From an uncultured cyanobacterium (GTDB lineage Bacteria; Cyanobacteriota; Cyanobacteriia; Leptolyngbyales; Leptolyngbyaceae), in contig CAVYAN010000045.1 in NCBI GenBank assembly GCA_963766075.1, forward strand, positions 1 through 60,739: a DNA stretch of 60,739 bases, read 5' to 3'. Positions 51,602-60,739 of this stretch are shown here, piece after piece. Position numbers and translations under genes: made by a program. The notes beneath the pieces are model-generated. The model worked only from the letters and a program-made list of their open reading frames with translations, made no database searches and was not told the DNA's origin. Within the stretch, counting starts at the first letter, position 1, and every line of letters begins with the position of its first letter.

Positions 51602-53020
51602 ATGCCCCCGTCCCCCGACTCGGAAGTGAATCTTCGGCTTCAGCAAGGGCTGCAACTGGCCCAGTCCGGTCCCTACGACGTGGCGATCGCGCACTTAAGT
51701 CAAACCCTCGCCCTATTTCCAGACAGCCATCAAGCCTGGTACGCCCACGGCTTCTGCCTATCCGGGCTAGGTCGCCATGATCAGGCCATCAACAGCTTTA
51801 AGCAAGCCCTGGAATTGCAACCCCACTACCCGGAGGCCCTCAATAGTTTAGGCATGGCCCTATTTGAGCTGGGCAGCTATGAATCAGCCATTGTTTACTA
51901 CGACAAAGCCATTGAACAGCACCCCACCTATCACCAGGCTTGGCACAATCGAGGCAACGCCCTAGAGCGGTGTAGCTGTTACGAAGCAGCCTTAGAAAGC
52001 TACGAAACCGCTCTGAAATGGGTTCCCGACTACAGTAAATCTTGGTACAACCGCGGCGCAGTATTGGTGAAGCTAAAACGCTATGAGGAGGCGATCGCCA
52101 GTTATGATGCCGCCTTAGAGATTCGACCCCACTATGCTCATGCCTGGTACAACCGCGCCAATACCCTGTATGCCCTCGGACGTTACGAAGAGGCCCTCAC
52201 GAATTACAGTCGGGTGATCACCACCAAACCCGATCGGTATGCCCCTTGGTACAACCAGGGGAATGTCCTGCACCAGTTGGGCCGCTATGAAGAGGCCCTA
52301 GACAGCTATGATCAAGCCCTCACGTTTAACTCAAGCCTCTACGAGGCGTGGTACAACCGGGGCAATGCCTTTGAGGCCCTCGGGCGGTACGAAGAAGCCA
52401 TGTCCAGCTACAGTCAGGCATTGGAACTGCAACCCAACCTGCGCGAAGCCCGCTACAACTGGGGCAGTGCCCTACACAAATCGGGGCGCTACGAAGAGGC
52501 GATCGCCCAATTTGACCATGCTATTGCCCTGCAACCCAACTTTGCTACAGCCTGGGCCAGTCGCGGCAATGCCCAGCGCAAACTAGGGCAATACACTGAG
52601 GCGATTCTGAGCTACGATCACGCCCTGCGATTCCAACCCGATGCCTATGAAACCTGGCACTGTCGAGGATTGGCTTTGGGGCATCTGGGCCACAACGAAG
52701 CAGCCCTAAACAGCTACGATCGCGCCCTCGCAGTCAATCCAGAATTTCATTTGGCTTGGTACAGTCGTGGGTCAGCCCTCAGCCACATGGGTCAGTACGA
52801 AGCAGCGGTGGAAAGCTACGAAAAAGCCTTGCATATCAAACCTGACTTTCCGGATGCGATCCATCGCCGCCGCTTAGCCTTGAATCGCTGTGAATGGCAC
52901 CGCGCGATCGCCGATGACCGCTCTGAACCGGATACCCTCCCTGATCTCTCCCAGTCCGACATCTCCCAGCCTGGGATCTCCCCGGCAAAGGCCCCACTAA
53001 GAGATAGCAAAGCCCCATAA
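51602..53020 (+). CDS. tetratricopeptide repeat protein (about 12 TPRs)
   Basis: Recurring 34-aa AWYNRGNAL..LGRYEEA..SY..AL. Confidence 0.92.
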   Translation: MPPSPDSEVNLRLQQGLQLAQSGPYDVAIAHLSQTLALFPDSHQAWYAHGFCLSGLGRHDQAINSFKQALELQPHYPEALNSLGMALFELGSYESAIVYYDKAIEQHPTYHQAWHNRGNALERCSCYEAALESYETALKWVPDYSKSWYNRGAVLVKLKRYEEAIASYDAALEIRPHYAHAWYNRANTLYALGRYEEALTNYSRVITTKPDRYAPWYNQGNVLHQLGRYEEALDSYDQALTFNSSLYEAWYNRGNAFEALGRYEEAMSSYSQALELQPNLREARYNWGSALHKSGRYEEAIAQFDHAIALQPNFATAWASRGNAQRKLGQYTEAILSYDHALRFQPDAYETWHCRGLALGHLGHNEAALNSYDRALAVNPEFHLAWYSRGSALSHMGQYEAAVESYEKALHIKPDFPDAIHRRRLALNRCEWHRAIADDRSEPDTLPDLSQSDISQPGISPAKAPLRDSKAP

Positions 53021-53212
53021 ACAGATCCGTTGAGGCATATCAATATTTATTTGCTTTAAATATTAATTTAAATGCAGCACGGCTAAATACAGCCTAAAAT
53101 GAGTAAATTATTAAGAAAGATTACGCGGCTTTAAGTTTGTTAGGGAATCCTGTGGTTATATGGGTCGAGGATTCATACTGTTCTCTACAACACATAACGA
53201 CGAGGCAAGCGT

Positions 53213-53314
53213 ATGGATACTCCTAACAAGCATCTGGGTCAGTCTATTTCAATGGTTCTACTCCTAGTGGTAGCCAGCGTAGGCATCGTTGCTGTGATGT
53301 CAATGATGGGTTGA
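53213..53314 (+). CDS. 33-aa single-TM small protein
   Basis: MDTPNKHLGQSISMVLLLVVASVGIVAVMSMMG; GAGG 7 nt before the ATG. Confidence 0.5.
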   Translation: MDTPNKHLGQSISMVLLLVVASVGIVAVMSMMG

Positions 53315-53521
53315 ATCAATGGAATGAGGTGATGAAAATCTGAGAAGAGTTTAATCTTTCTTCATCAACTTTGTTTTAGCCTAAGCCCATTCACTTTCCT
53401 GAGAAAAATTGAAATCTCTAGTCTGGAAGGGACTTAGCCTATTAAGGCTTCACAACATTAAATCCCTGGAATCTATTCTCATAATTTTGGGTCTACTTCA
53501 TGGCAATGGTCCACTCAAGTC

Positions 53522-53548
53522 AGCAAGGGCGATCGCTCTTGCTTTTTT
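53522..53548 (+). terminator. plus-strand intrinsic terminator built on a HIP1 site
   Basis: AGCAAGGGCGATCGCTCTTGCTTTTTT. Confidence 0.65.
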
Positions 53549-53588
53549 ATTAGGCTTTATTATTGGGCCATTTTTTATTGAGCCGGTC

Positions 53589-54041
53589 TTATTGAGTGGT
53601 AAACTCCTGCCATGCCGGTAAAAAGTTACGGTTTTCGTGGGTGGAGCGACTGAGTTTGATGAGGGCAAACCGTTGGATGGCAGTGAGGTTGGCCCATTGA
53701 ACGGGACTAATATCAGTGCCAACGGCAGCCGCTTTTTCTCGGACACTGGCCGGAATGACGCAGGAATCTAACCAATCGGGATCCAGATCGATGAGTAAAT
53801 CCCTGGCCAGTTCACCAGTCCGCTGCTGAATTAAATCCGTTAAGAATTTTCGGTACTGTTGGATCTCGACAGCGGTAGTGCAGGGCAACTCGACGAGACG
53901 ATGGCGATCGCCGTCTTCAAATTGATGCCATTGGGTCAGTTTTAACTTGATGCCACAGCTATCCAACTTAAACCGCACCTGCATCGGAATGCAGCGGAGG
54001 GAATCGACAAAATCAGCTTCAAATTGAAAAAAAGGCAGCAT
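53589..54041 (-). CDS. narM: nitrate reductase associated protein
   Basis: FFQFEADFVDSLRCIPMQVRFKLD..GIKLKL, QRFALIKLSR..HEN.NF. Confidence 0.85.
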   Translation of the reverse strand: MLPFFQFEADFVDSLRCIPMQVRFKLDSCGIKLKLTQWHQFEDGDRHRLVELPCTTAVEIQQYRKFLTDLIQQRTGELARDLLIDLDPDWLDSCVIPASVREKAAAVGTDISPVQWANLTAIQRFALIKLSRSTHENRNFLPAWQEFTTQ

Positions 54042-54089
54042 GGGGGAGGGTCGCTGAAGCGCAGACGGTAGAAAAAACAGATCACAGCT

Positions 54090-54605
54090 CTAGTCTTGAT
54101 TATCTTTCTCTTGAGACTTATCTTGAGACCGTTGATCCTTAAAGTCGGCATTGACCTTGCGGATCAGCCAGTAACTTCCGGAAAGAGCAAAAATGGCGAT
54201 CGCCAAACTGATCAATTCTGCCCCTTCAATTTTCTCAAAATCCAACAGAATAATTTTGCGGGCCACGGCGATCAGTGACGTAATAATCACCAGTTCGACC
54301 TGGACCACATGCTTTTTTAGATACGCCGTAATATTTTCCAAAATCTCCAGAGCGATCAGGATATTCAGAAATAACCCAAAAATCTTGAACACAGCATCAC
54401 TAAACCGAACCGCATTAGGGTCAACCACTTCTTCTGCCAGCTTAATAACCAAAAAGACGATCAAGTCATAAACAGCCACCAGTGTGACCGACACCATGGC
54501 AATGGACAGAATCTTGGAAACCACAACCTCCAGATTCTCGAGGTTATGGAGAAAGTTACTGTCTTTCCAAGCATCCTTGACCCGGGTCCAAAGCTTTCGC
54601 ACCAT
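54090..54605 (-). CDS. PsiE-family membrane protein
   Basis: FGLFLNILIALEILENIT, LIAVARKII. Confidence 0.8.
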   Translation of the reverse strand: MVRKLWTRVKDAWKDSNFLHNLENLEVVVSKILSIAMVSVTLVAVYDLIVFLVIKLAEEVVDPNAVRFSDAVFKIFGLFLNILIALEILENITAYLKKHVVQVELVIITSLIAVARKIILLDFEKIEGAELISLAIAIFALSGSYWLIRKVNADFKDQRSQDKSQEKDNQD

Positions 54606-54875
54606 ATCTCCTATTGGCTAATCCCTAGAACACCCAAACGGGGAATATTCTGGCTGGAAATATTCAGCCTGGAAGTGAGGATACTGGATTATGGGGGCGA
54701 TCGTAAATTCCGGCGAGCCAATTTCACGGGGCAAATCTCCCAGAAATCTGGGCATTGCTCCGGCTGATGAAGTTTTCTTGCTGATTCAGTTTTAAGATTA
54801 AGAAAGTTTAAGCACATTGTCTGGGAGCTAACGTTCCCACAACCCATCACTCTTTACCCTCCTTGCACCGACTTT

Positions 54876-55352
54876 ATGGACCTCACTGAACTGCTCGAAC
54901 CAATCGCCGCCAAATTTCGAGATTTGAACGTACCCGAGCCCATCGTCCATTGGGGACACCCCGCCATGATGGGGATTGTCATTTTCGTAATGGGTAGTTA
55001 TACCGCCTATGCCGGTTGGAACGCCAAACTGGCCACCGACAAGGACATTGCTGCCAAAAGCCGTGCCGATCACCGCAAACTCGCGCCGCTGATGTTTGCC
55101 TTCTTGGCCATGGGCTATACGGGGGGCTTGCTGTCCCTGGTGATGCAACACAAACCCATTTTGGAGAGCCCCCACTTCTGGACCGGTAGCATCGCCCTGG
55201 GTTTCCTAGCCACCAACAGCATCCTTTCCAAAGCAGGATTTTGGGGCGACAAAACCTCCCTGCGGATCACCCATGCCTATCTAGGCACCGTGGTCATGGG
55301 ACTTCTGATTGTCCATGCAGCCTTGGGCCTCAAACTGGGACTCTCGCTGTAA
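54876..55352 (+). CDS. DUF4079 family membrane protein
   Basis: HWGHPAMMGIV, ESPHFWTG, HAYLG; several TM His residues. Confidence 0.8.
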   Translation: MDLTELLEPIAAKFRDLNVPEPIVHWGHPAMMGIVIFVMGSYTAYAGWNAKLATDKDIAAKSRADHRKLAPLMFAFLAMGYTGGLLSLVMQHKPILESPHFWTGSIALGFLATNSILSKAGFWGDKTSLRITHAYLGTVVMGLLIVHAALGLKLGLSL

Positions 55353-55392
55353 ATTCTGCCTGTAAATTCTGTCTGTAAATCCTGCCTATAAA
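55347..55392. repeat. 13-bp tandem repeat CTGTAAATTCTGY x3.5 starting at the stop codon
   Basis: Seen directly. Confidence 0.7.
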
Positions 55393-55406
55393 ACCCCGCC
55401 CGCCCC

Positions 55407-56330
55407 ATGCCCCTTTCTTCTCCGCCAATTTTGACCCAAACCTGGTTATGGCAAGGGTTTTCCATTACCTACCAAACTCAGGGGGAGGCCGGCCCAGCCG
55501 TGGTACTGGTGCATGGCTTTGGGGCTTCCCTCGGCCATTGGCGCAAAAACGTGCCCGTTTTGGCTGAGCACTGTCGGGTGTATGCGATCGACTTGATCGG
55601 CTTTGGCGGATCGGCAAAACCGACACCCGGCCCCCTGATCCCCGGTCAGCAGATTGAATACACCTTCGAGACGTGGGGACGGCTGATTGCGGACTTTTGT
55701 CGAGAGGTGGTGGGCAGTCCGGCTTTTTTAGTGGCAAATTCTATTGGCTGTGTGGGAATTATGCAAGCCGCCGTAGATTTCCCCGCCCAGGTGCGCGGTA
55801 CCGTGCTGATTAATTGCTCGTTGCGCCTTCTGCACGATCGCCGTTTGGCCACTCAGCCCTTCTACAAACGCATCGGGGCTCCGATTCTGCAATGGATTCT
55901 GAAAAATAAAGCCATTGGGCGCGTCTTTTTTGACCAGGTGGCAAAACCTCAAGTCGTCCGGAATATCCTGCTCAAAGCCTATGGGCGCAGCGCTGCCGTC
56001 ACCGATGAACTGATTGATATTTTAATGAAGCCTGCCCAAGATCCCGGCGCGGCAGCGGTCTTTCTGACCTTTACGGGCTACTCCCAAGGGCCCTTACCCG
56101 AAGACTTGCTTGCGGTATTGCCCTGTCCGGCCCTGATTCTTTGGGGCGAGGCGGACCCCTGGGAGCCAATCGCCCTAGGACGGGCCTTTGAGAATTACCC
56201 GACGGTAGAGAGATTTATTACCCTAGCGGGTGTGGGGCACTGTCCCCAAGATGAAGCGCCAGAACTGGTGAATCCCATTGTGCGAGACTGGATTCTGGCG
56301 ACCTCCAGCCGACCAACTGACGTGGAGTAG
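55407..56330 (+). CDS. alpha/beta fold hydrolase
   Basis: VHGFGAS, DLIGFG, ANSIG nucleophile elbow, WGEADPW, GHCPQDE. Confidence 0.9.
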   Translation: MPLSSPPILTQTWLWQGFSITYQTQGEAGPAVVLVHGFGASLGHWRKNVPVLAEHCRVYAIDLIGFGGSAKPTPGPLIPGQQIEYTFETWGRLIADFCREVVGSPAFLVANSIGCVGIMQAAVDFPAQVRGTVLINCSLRLLHDRRLATQPFYKRIGAPILQWILKNKAIGRVFFDQVAKPQVVRNILLKAYGRSAAVTDELIDILMKPAQDPGAAAVFLTFTGYSQGPLPEDLLAVLPCPALILWGEADPWEPIALGRAFENYPTVERFITLAGVGHCPQDEAPELVNPIVRDWILATSSRPTDVE

Positions 56331-56421
56331 ACCGATTTGGGGTAGGTGGAGCTATTACTCTTAGCTCCATTACTTGGGGCTGTTGATTGATTAACAGTTT
56401 ATATTTTTCCTGAAATTTATT

Positions 56422-57117
56422 TTAATCGGGCTGTGCCAGTGCGGCTTGATAACGTTGCACTTGAATATCGATGCCGGTAATAGCAGTGCCGACAACAACC
56501 GCGTAGGCGCCGAGCCTTAGGGCCTGTTGGGCCATGGCCGGAGAAGCAATACCACCTTCGCAAATGACAGGAATAACTAGGCGGGCCACCATTTTTTCGA
56601 GCAGATCAAGTCCCGGTGGCTGAAACTGCCTCGATTCGCGGGTGTAGCCGTAGAGGGTCGTACTGACGGCATCGGCCCCTGCTGCTGCCGCGTAAAGGGC
56701 ATTGTCCAAGGTATCTACATCGGCGAGGACGGGTTTGCCCAGTTCTTGGTGAATGCGTTCAATCAGGTCTGGCAGGGTTTCGCCCTGGGGGCGATCGCGG
56801 GGCGTCCCATCCACAGCAATGATATCGGCTCCCACCTGGACAAGCCGCTGGGCATCCCAAAAACGTGGGGTAATGTACACGTCATAGCCCGGAAGCTGGC
56901 GTTTCCATAACCCAATCACGGGGGCTTCTACTCGGGTACAGACCGCTTCCACATGGGTCGGTGTATCAATCCGCAGACCCACCGCCCCCTGGTTGACAGC
57001 CGCCTGGGCCATCGCCGCAATCACCGTTGGATCGTGTAGGGGCGAATCTACCGGGGCTTGACAGGAGACAATCAGGCCATGGCGCAATGTTGCTAGGGAG
57101 GTCGGCAGGAGCGTCAT
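56422..57117 (-). CDS. nanE: N-acetylmannosamine-6-phosphate 2-epimerase
   Basis: GLIVSCQA, PVIGLWK, VYITP, TTLYGYT, EGGI, VVVGTAIT. Confidence 0.92.
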   Translation of the reverse strand: MTLLPTSLATLRHGLIVSCQAPVDSPLHDPTVIAAMAQAAVNQGAVGLRIDTPTHVEAVCTRVEAPVIGLWKRQLPGYDVYITPRFWDAQRLVQVGADIIAVDGTPRDRPQGETLPDLIERIHQELGKPVLADVDTLDNALYAAAAGADAVSTTLYGYTRESRQFQPPGLDLLEKMVARLVIPVICEGGIASPAMAQQALRLGAYAVVVGTAITGIDIQVQRYQAALAQPD

Positions 57118-57129
57118 GGGGGTTCCTGG

Positions 57130-57891
57130 CTAACTCCGCAGGACGCCATCTTCTAAGTAGGCCACCTGATCGGCCACATCAATGAGCCGACTGTCATGGG
57201 TGACGATCAGAACGGTGCGGTCTTTTTCCTTGGCCAGTTGACGCAATAGCTCAATCACAGCGTGTCCACTTTGGGAATCGAGGGCTGCCGTGGGTTCGTC
57301 AGCCATGATCAGCTCGGGATCGCCCGCAAGAGCACGGGCGATCGCCACCCGTTGCTTTTGGCCACCGGAAAGATCGCGGGGCAGATGATGGGCGCGATCG
57401 CCTAAACCCACTTTTTCCAAAAGTTCCTGGGCCTGACGCCGTCGCACAGCCACCCCCCGGATACCCTTGACCTTCAGAGCCACCTCAATATTTTCCGCCG
57501 CCGTGAGGGCGGGAAATAAATTAAACCCCTGAAAAATAAATCCAATGTGTTTTAGGCGAAACTGGGCCAGTTTCTGACGAGATAAAGCGGTGATTTCTTG
57601 CCCCAGGAGGGAAACACTGCCTGTGGTCGGGGTCAAGATCCCGGCCAAAATGGACAGTAAGGTAGTTTTGCCGGAACCCGACGGCCCCATCAGCAGTTGA
57701 ATCGTGCCGGACTGAATATCCAGATCGATATCTCGCAAAACTTGATAGGGCTCGGTCCCGGAATAGTAGACCATCCCCACACCCCGCGCACTCACCGCTT
57801 GAGCACTTAATCGAGTCCGACCCATGGGGACAGAAGCAGCATGATCCTGATGTATAAAAAAGTCACTGGGTCTAATTTGGGAAGCCGTCAT
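57130..57891 (-). CDS. ABC transporter ATP-binding protein (LolD/DevA-like)
   Basis: [32 protein letters not shown]. Confidence 0.93.
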   Translation of the reverse strand: MTASQIRPSDFFIHQDHAASVPMGRTRLSAQAVSARGVGMVYYSGTEPYQVLRDIDLDIQSGTIQLLMGPSGSGKTTLLSILAGILTPTTGSVSLLGQEITALSRQKLAQFRLKHIGFIFQGFNLFPALTAAENIEVALKVKGIRGVAVRRRQAQELLEKVGLGDRAHHLPRDLSGGQKQRVAIARALAGDPELIMADEPTAALDSQSGHAVIELLRQLAKEKDRTVLIVTHDSRLIDVADQVAYLEDGVLRS

Positions 57892-58144
57892 TCGCTTTAA
57901 GTCTGCCTACGCATGAAATTAAGGATAGGTGTGAGAAGTGAGAAAATGCTAAACAAGTCATGAATTTTTAATGAAGTCAGAATCCCCCACATCAGAATCT
58001 TCCACAGAGGGGCGGCAGTCCTCGTTAGGCTTAGATTCATCAAAAGCTGGAAGCACTCCCGAAGGTTGTATACATTTCTTAACTTAGTCTAGCGTTTCTA
58101 TTGTTCCTCCCTCGGGTTCACTTTTCATGACTTTCTACAGTGCT

Positions 58145-59392
58145 TTACGCTTTGAACACAATAGCTGGATCTACATGGGTCACTTTTTGAATGGCAAACA
58201 GCGCTGATCCCACGCACATAACAATCGTAATCCCCAATACACCCGCAGCGGTTGCCGGAGTGATCAAAATCATGATCCCTTTGGCGGCTACGGTCCAGTA
58301 GCCTAAGCCGATGCAGAGCGCCATACTGGGGAGATAGCCTAAAATCGCCATCCACAGGGCCTGCTCCGTAATGACGCGGTAGATTACCCAATCTGACGCG
58401 CCCATGGCTTTAAGAGTTCCAAATTCACGGATGTGATCTGAGACAGAGGCATACAGGATTTGACTGACGACCACGATGCCCACCACGATGCCCACCACCG
58501 CCCCTAAACCCAGCACAAAGCCAATGCCCGTTCGCCGCTGCCAATAATCTTGGGTAATAAAAGACATTTCCTGACGGGTGAGAGCACGGGTGCCGGGTAG
58601 AGCCGCTTCCAAGCGTTGTTTGAGGGTGGTAATATCTTCTCCGGCGTTGGCTTGCACGAGGACAAACGAGAGGGTATCGGACAGGGATAGGCGGCGGAGT
58701 GGCGGGGCGGCAGCGGCAGCGGCAAGGGGATTGGACTGGAAATCATTCAAACAGTTAAAATCGCCGTCTATGCCGCGGCGGCAGATGACAGAGGAGTTGA
58801 ACCCAGTGGTGGCGTAGGCGGTAGCCGTCTCTAGGGAGGTGAAGAGATAGGTGCTGGAGGCCATGGATTGAGTATCTTCCGTAAGGCCGACGAGTTTGGC
58901 AGGTAGTGATCCAATGGTCCCAGATTCACCGAGGTGAAGAATGTTCAGGCTAGACCGATTGGCCCGTTCGACCATGAAAGTATAGGGTGTGTTGAGGGCG
59001 GTCAATTGTCCCTGGGAGAGTTTCCAGTTGGCAAACAGTTGGCCGTTGGGATTAAAGCCGTACAGCCGCACTGGGGCGATGGTGCCCGTCGGCGATCTCC
59101 ACAGGACTGATCGCGTGAGCAGGGCCTCTGCCCGCGCCACGCCCTTGACGGCCCGCGCCTGGGTCAAGCGCTCGAGGGGCAGGGGCAGAGTGACTTCCGA
59201 ATGGACCATTTCCTTAGCACTGATCCAAATATCGGCGGTGGATTGATCAATCAGCAAGCCGGTGGAGCGGGTAAACCCGTTCAGGATGCCGGTCTGAATC
59301 GTCACGAGACTCACCGCAAACATGATGCCCGCCTGGGCCACCAGAAATCGGGGGATGTCCTCGAAGAGATTTTTGCGGGCGATCGATGTCAT
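58145..59392 (-). CDS. ABC transporter permease (FtsX/MacB/DevC-like)
   Basis: ARKNL, N-terminal TM, EFGTLKAMGA, three C-terminal TMs, DPAIVFKA. Confidence 0.9.
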   Translation of the reverse strand: MTSIARKNLFEDIPRFLVAQAGIMFAVSLVTIQTGILNGFTRSTGLLIDQSTADIWISAKEMVHSEVTLPLPLERLTQARAVKGVARAEALLTRSVLWRSPTGTIAPVRLYGFNPNGQLFANWKLSQGQLTALNTPYTFMVERANRSSLNILHLGESGTIGSLPAKLVGLTEDTQSMASSTYLFTSLETATAYATTGFNSSVICRRGIDGDFNCLNDFQSNPLAAAAAAPPLRRLSLSDTLSFVLVQANAGEDITTLKQRLEAALPGTRALTRQEMSFITQDYWQRRTGIGFVLGLGAVVGIVVGIVVVSQILYASVSDHIREFGTLKAMGASDWVIYRVITEQALWMAILGYLPSMALCIGLGYWTVAAKGIMILITPATAAGVLGITIVMCVGSALFAIQKVTHVDPAIVFKA

Positions 59393-59645
59393 GGGAAGTT
59401 TGACTAGCGCTACGCGCTAGTTTGCGAGAGGATTTTGGATGCGATTTCGGAACATAGCCGCGCTGGGGCAAGCCCTAGGGGCTTGGTGCCGCAGAAATAG
59501 CCCGAGTAAGTAGCCAGTATTGTAAAGCTTTCAACCTCAGTCTAGGGGGAATGGCGGATGAACCGAGTCCCCAAAGATTGAACCTCTCCCACGCTAGAGG
59601 GGCAACCTTGGCTCTCCTAGCCCCCCCGGGGCAGCCAACCCAAAC

Positions 59646-59696
59646 AATAAAACGCCCTCCAAATCAAAGCCAAGGCTTTGATTTGGAGGGCGATTC
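59646..59696 (-). terminator. intrinsic terminator after the amidohydrolase gene
   Basis: CGCCCTCCAAATCAAAGCC/GGCTTTGATTTGGAGGGCG stem; the A-run on the left gives a U-tract on the minus strand. Confidence 0.75.
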
Positions 59697-59775
59697 GACC
59701 GTTCTGAAAACTGTTCTAACTTGCTTTAACTTGACTGTTCGGCAGTGCTGCCGTCAGCGTTAGCGAGCCACCCCG

Positions 59776-60739
59776 TTAGCGAGCCACCAGAGGTTGATTC
59801 TGGAAGGCCGCGGGCAGAGACTGGCGTAGGCGATCGCCATAGAGTGCCAAGGCATTACCGCCTAACAGCAGCGCTAGATACTCGCGATCGTACTCACCCG
59901 CCGTCGCGGCATCCTTGACACAATCCTTCAGCACCCCGTCCCAGTGACCGTAGTCGCCTGAGAAACAGGCAATATGCCGACCCGCTTCACCCATGGCCAG
60001 GGGCAGGTAGGCCGGACCCGGATCATCAGACTCATAGGAGGTAAAGATTTGACCCCGGTTGAAATAATCCAGGGGATCGCGATGCCTCAGGTCCCAATGC
60101 TCATAGAGGCTAGAGTCATCAATTTTGGTAGGATCGTGCTCCTTGGTCCACATGAGGTCAAACAGGTTTTTGGCTTGGCTGATGATATTGGTGCTGTTGT
60201 GAGTGCCCCGTTCCTGCACCATCAGCTTGGTGAACTCCATCAGCGAAGGGCGATAGGGATGCTTCGGATCAAAGTCGCCAATACGCTTTTCCCAGTGCTC
60301 ATGCATGGCGTGGGCGAGGTCGGCCACCCAGCCACAGCCGCCTTCCAAGAAGCCAACGCGCAGGGTGGGGAACTGTTCAAAGGCTCCATCAAAGACCATC
60401 CGGGTCATGGCCAACTGCTGCTGGTTGCGCTGCACAAAAATGTGGTTGAGCACAAAGGTTTCCATATGGTCAGCGATACCGCCCACCATGTACGAGCCGG
60501 GACCGCCGTGGATACCTAGGGCAATGTCCAAATCGACCGCTGCTTGCAAAATTGGACGAAAATCCTGATGGCTGATGGATTTACAGGTCCGGATTTCGGG
60601 GAAGGCATCCGGCGCAGCGGGGTGGGGAATTGGCAGGTTGGGGGCGGTAGCGACGCTGACCATACCCAGTTTGTTAGGGCAGCGGTGCATTTCCTTGACG
60701 GCTTCATCAACGTCTTGGAGGGAGACGACGCCAATGGGT
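59776..60739 (-). CDS. amidohydrolase-2 family protein (5' end lies outside the window)
   Basis: Frame open to the window edge (PIGVVSLQDVDEAVKEM...); IHGG, FEQFPTLRVGFLEGGCGW, SGDYGHWD, GGNALALY. Confidence 0.85.
   Translation of the reverse strand, partial: PIGVVSLQDVDEAVKEMHRCPNKLGMVSVATAPNLPIPHPAAPDAFPEIRTCKSISHQDFRPILQAAVDLDIALGIHGGPGSYMVGGIADHMETFVLNHIFVQRNQQQLAMTRMVFDGAFEQFPTLRVGFLEGGCGWVADLAHAMHEHWEKRIGDFDPKHPYRPSLMEFTKLMVQERGTHNSTNIISQAKNLFDLMWTKEHDPTKIDDSSLYEHWDLRHRDPLDYFNRGQIFTSYESDDPGPAYLPLAMGEAGRHIACFSGDYGHWDGVLKDCVKDAATAGEYDREYLALLLGGNALALYGDRLRQSLPAAFQNQPLVAR

Noticed and set aside
51602..53020. 102-bp DNA periodicity
   Set aside because: Explained by 34-aa TPR protein repeats
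53409..53621. 70-aa hydrophobic ORF
   Set aside because: TTG start, runs through a terminator and overlaps narM; likely spurious

Overview
60.7 kb of a cyanobacterial chromosome, inferred from the abundant HIP1 octamer GCGATCGC and the genes psb28, petL, sasA and cyAbrB. Most of it is housekeeping: holA, glmU, alr, ddl, sodB, argG, folC, a C-terminal protease, moaB, selO, larE, nanE, tRNA-fMet and SRP RNA. The first 12 kb hold decayed accessory DNA: a multiply frameshifted DUF2791/BrxD-like ATPase, a Uma2 fragment fused to a truncated IS110 that keeps its long non-coding end (bridge-RNA candidate), a possible ISKra4-like end and a brnT/brnA relic. The best candidate for an undescribed system is a cobalamin riboswitch (44602-44758, minus) heading an apparent operon of hypothetical protein, CFA-synthase-like SAM methyltransferase and DUF1636. 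A second candidate is an acyltransferase-3 with an SH3-like tail paired with a processive GT2. Several small ORFs and RNAs missing from the ORF track were read by eye. Family assignments come from recalled motifs, not database searches, and some single-base frameshifts may be assembly errors.
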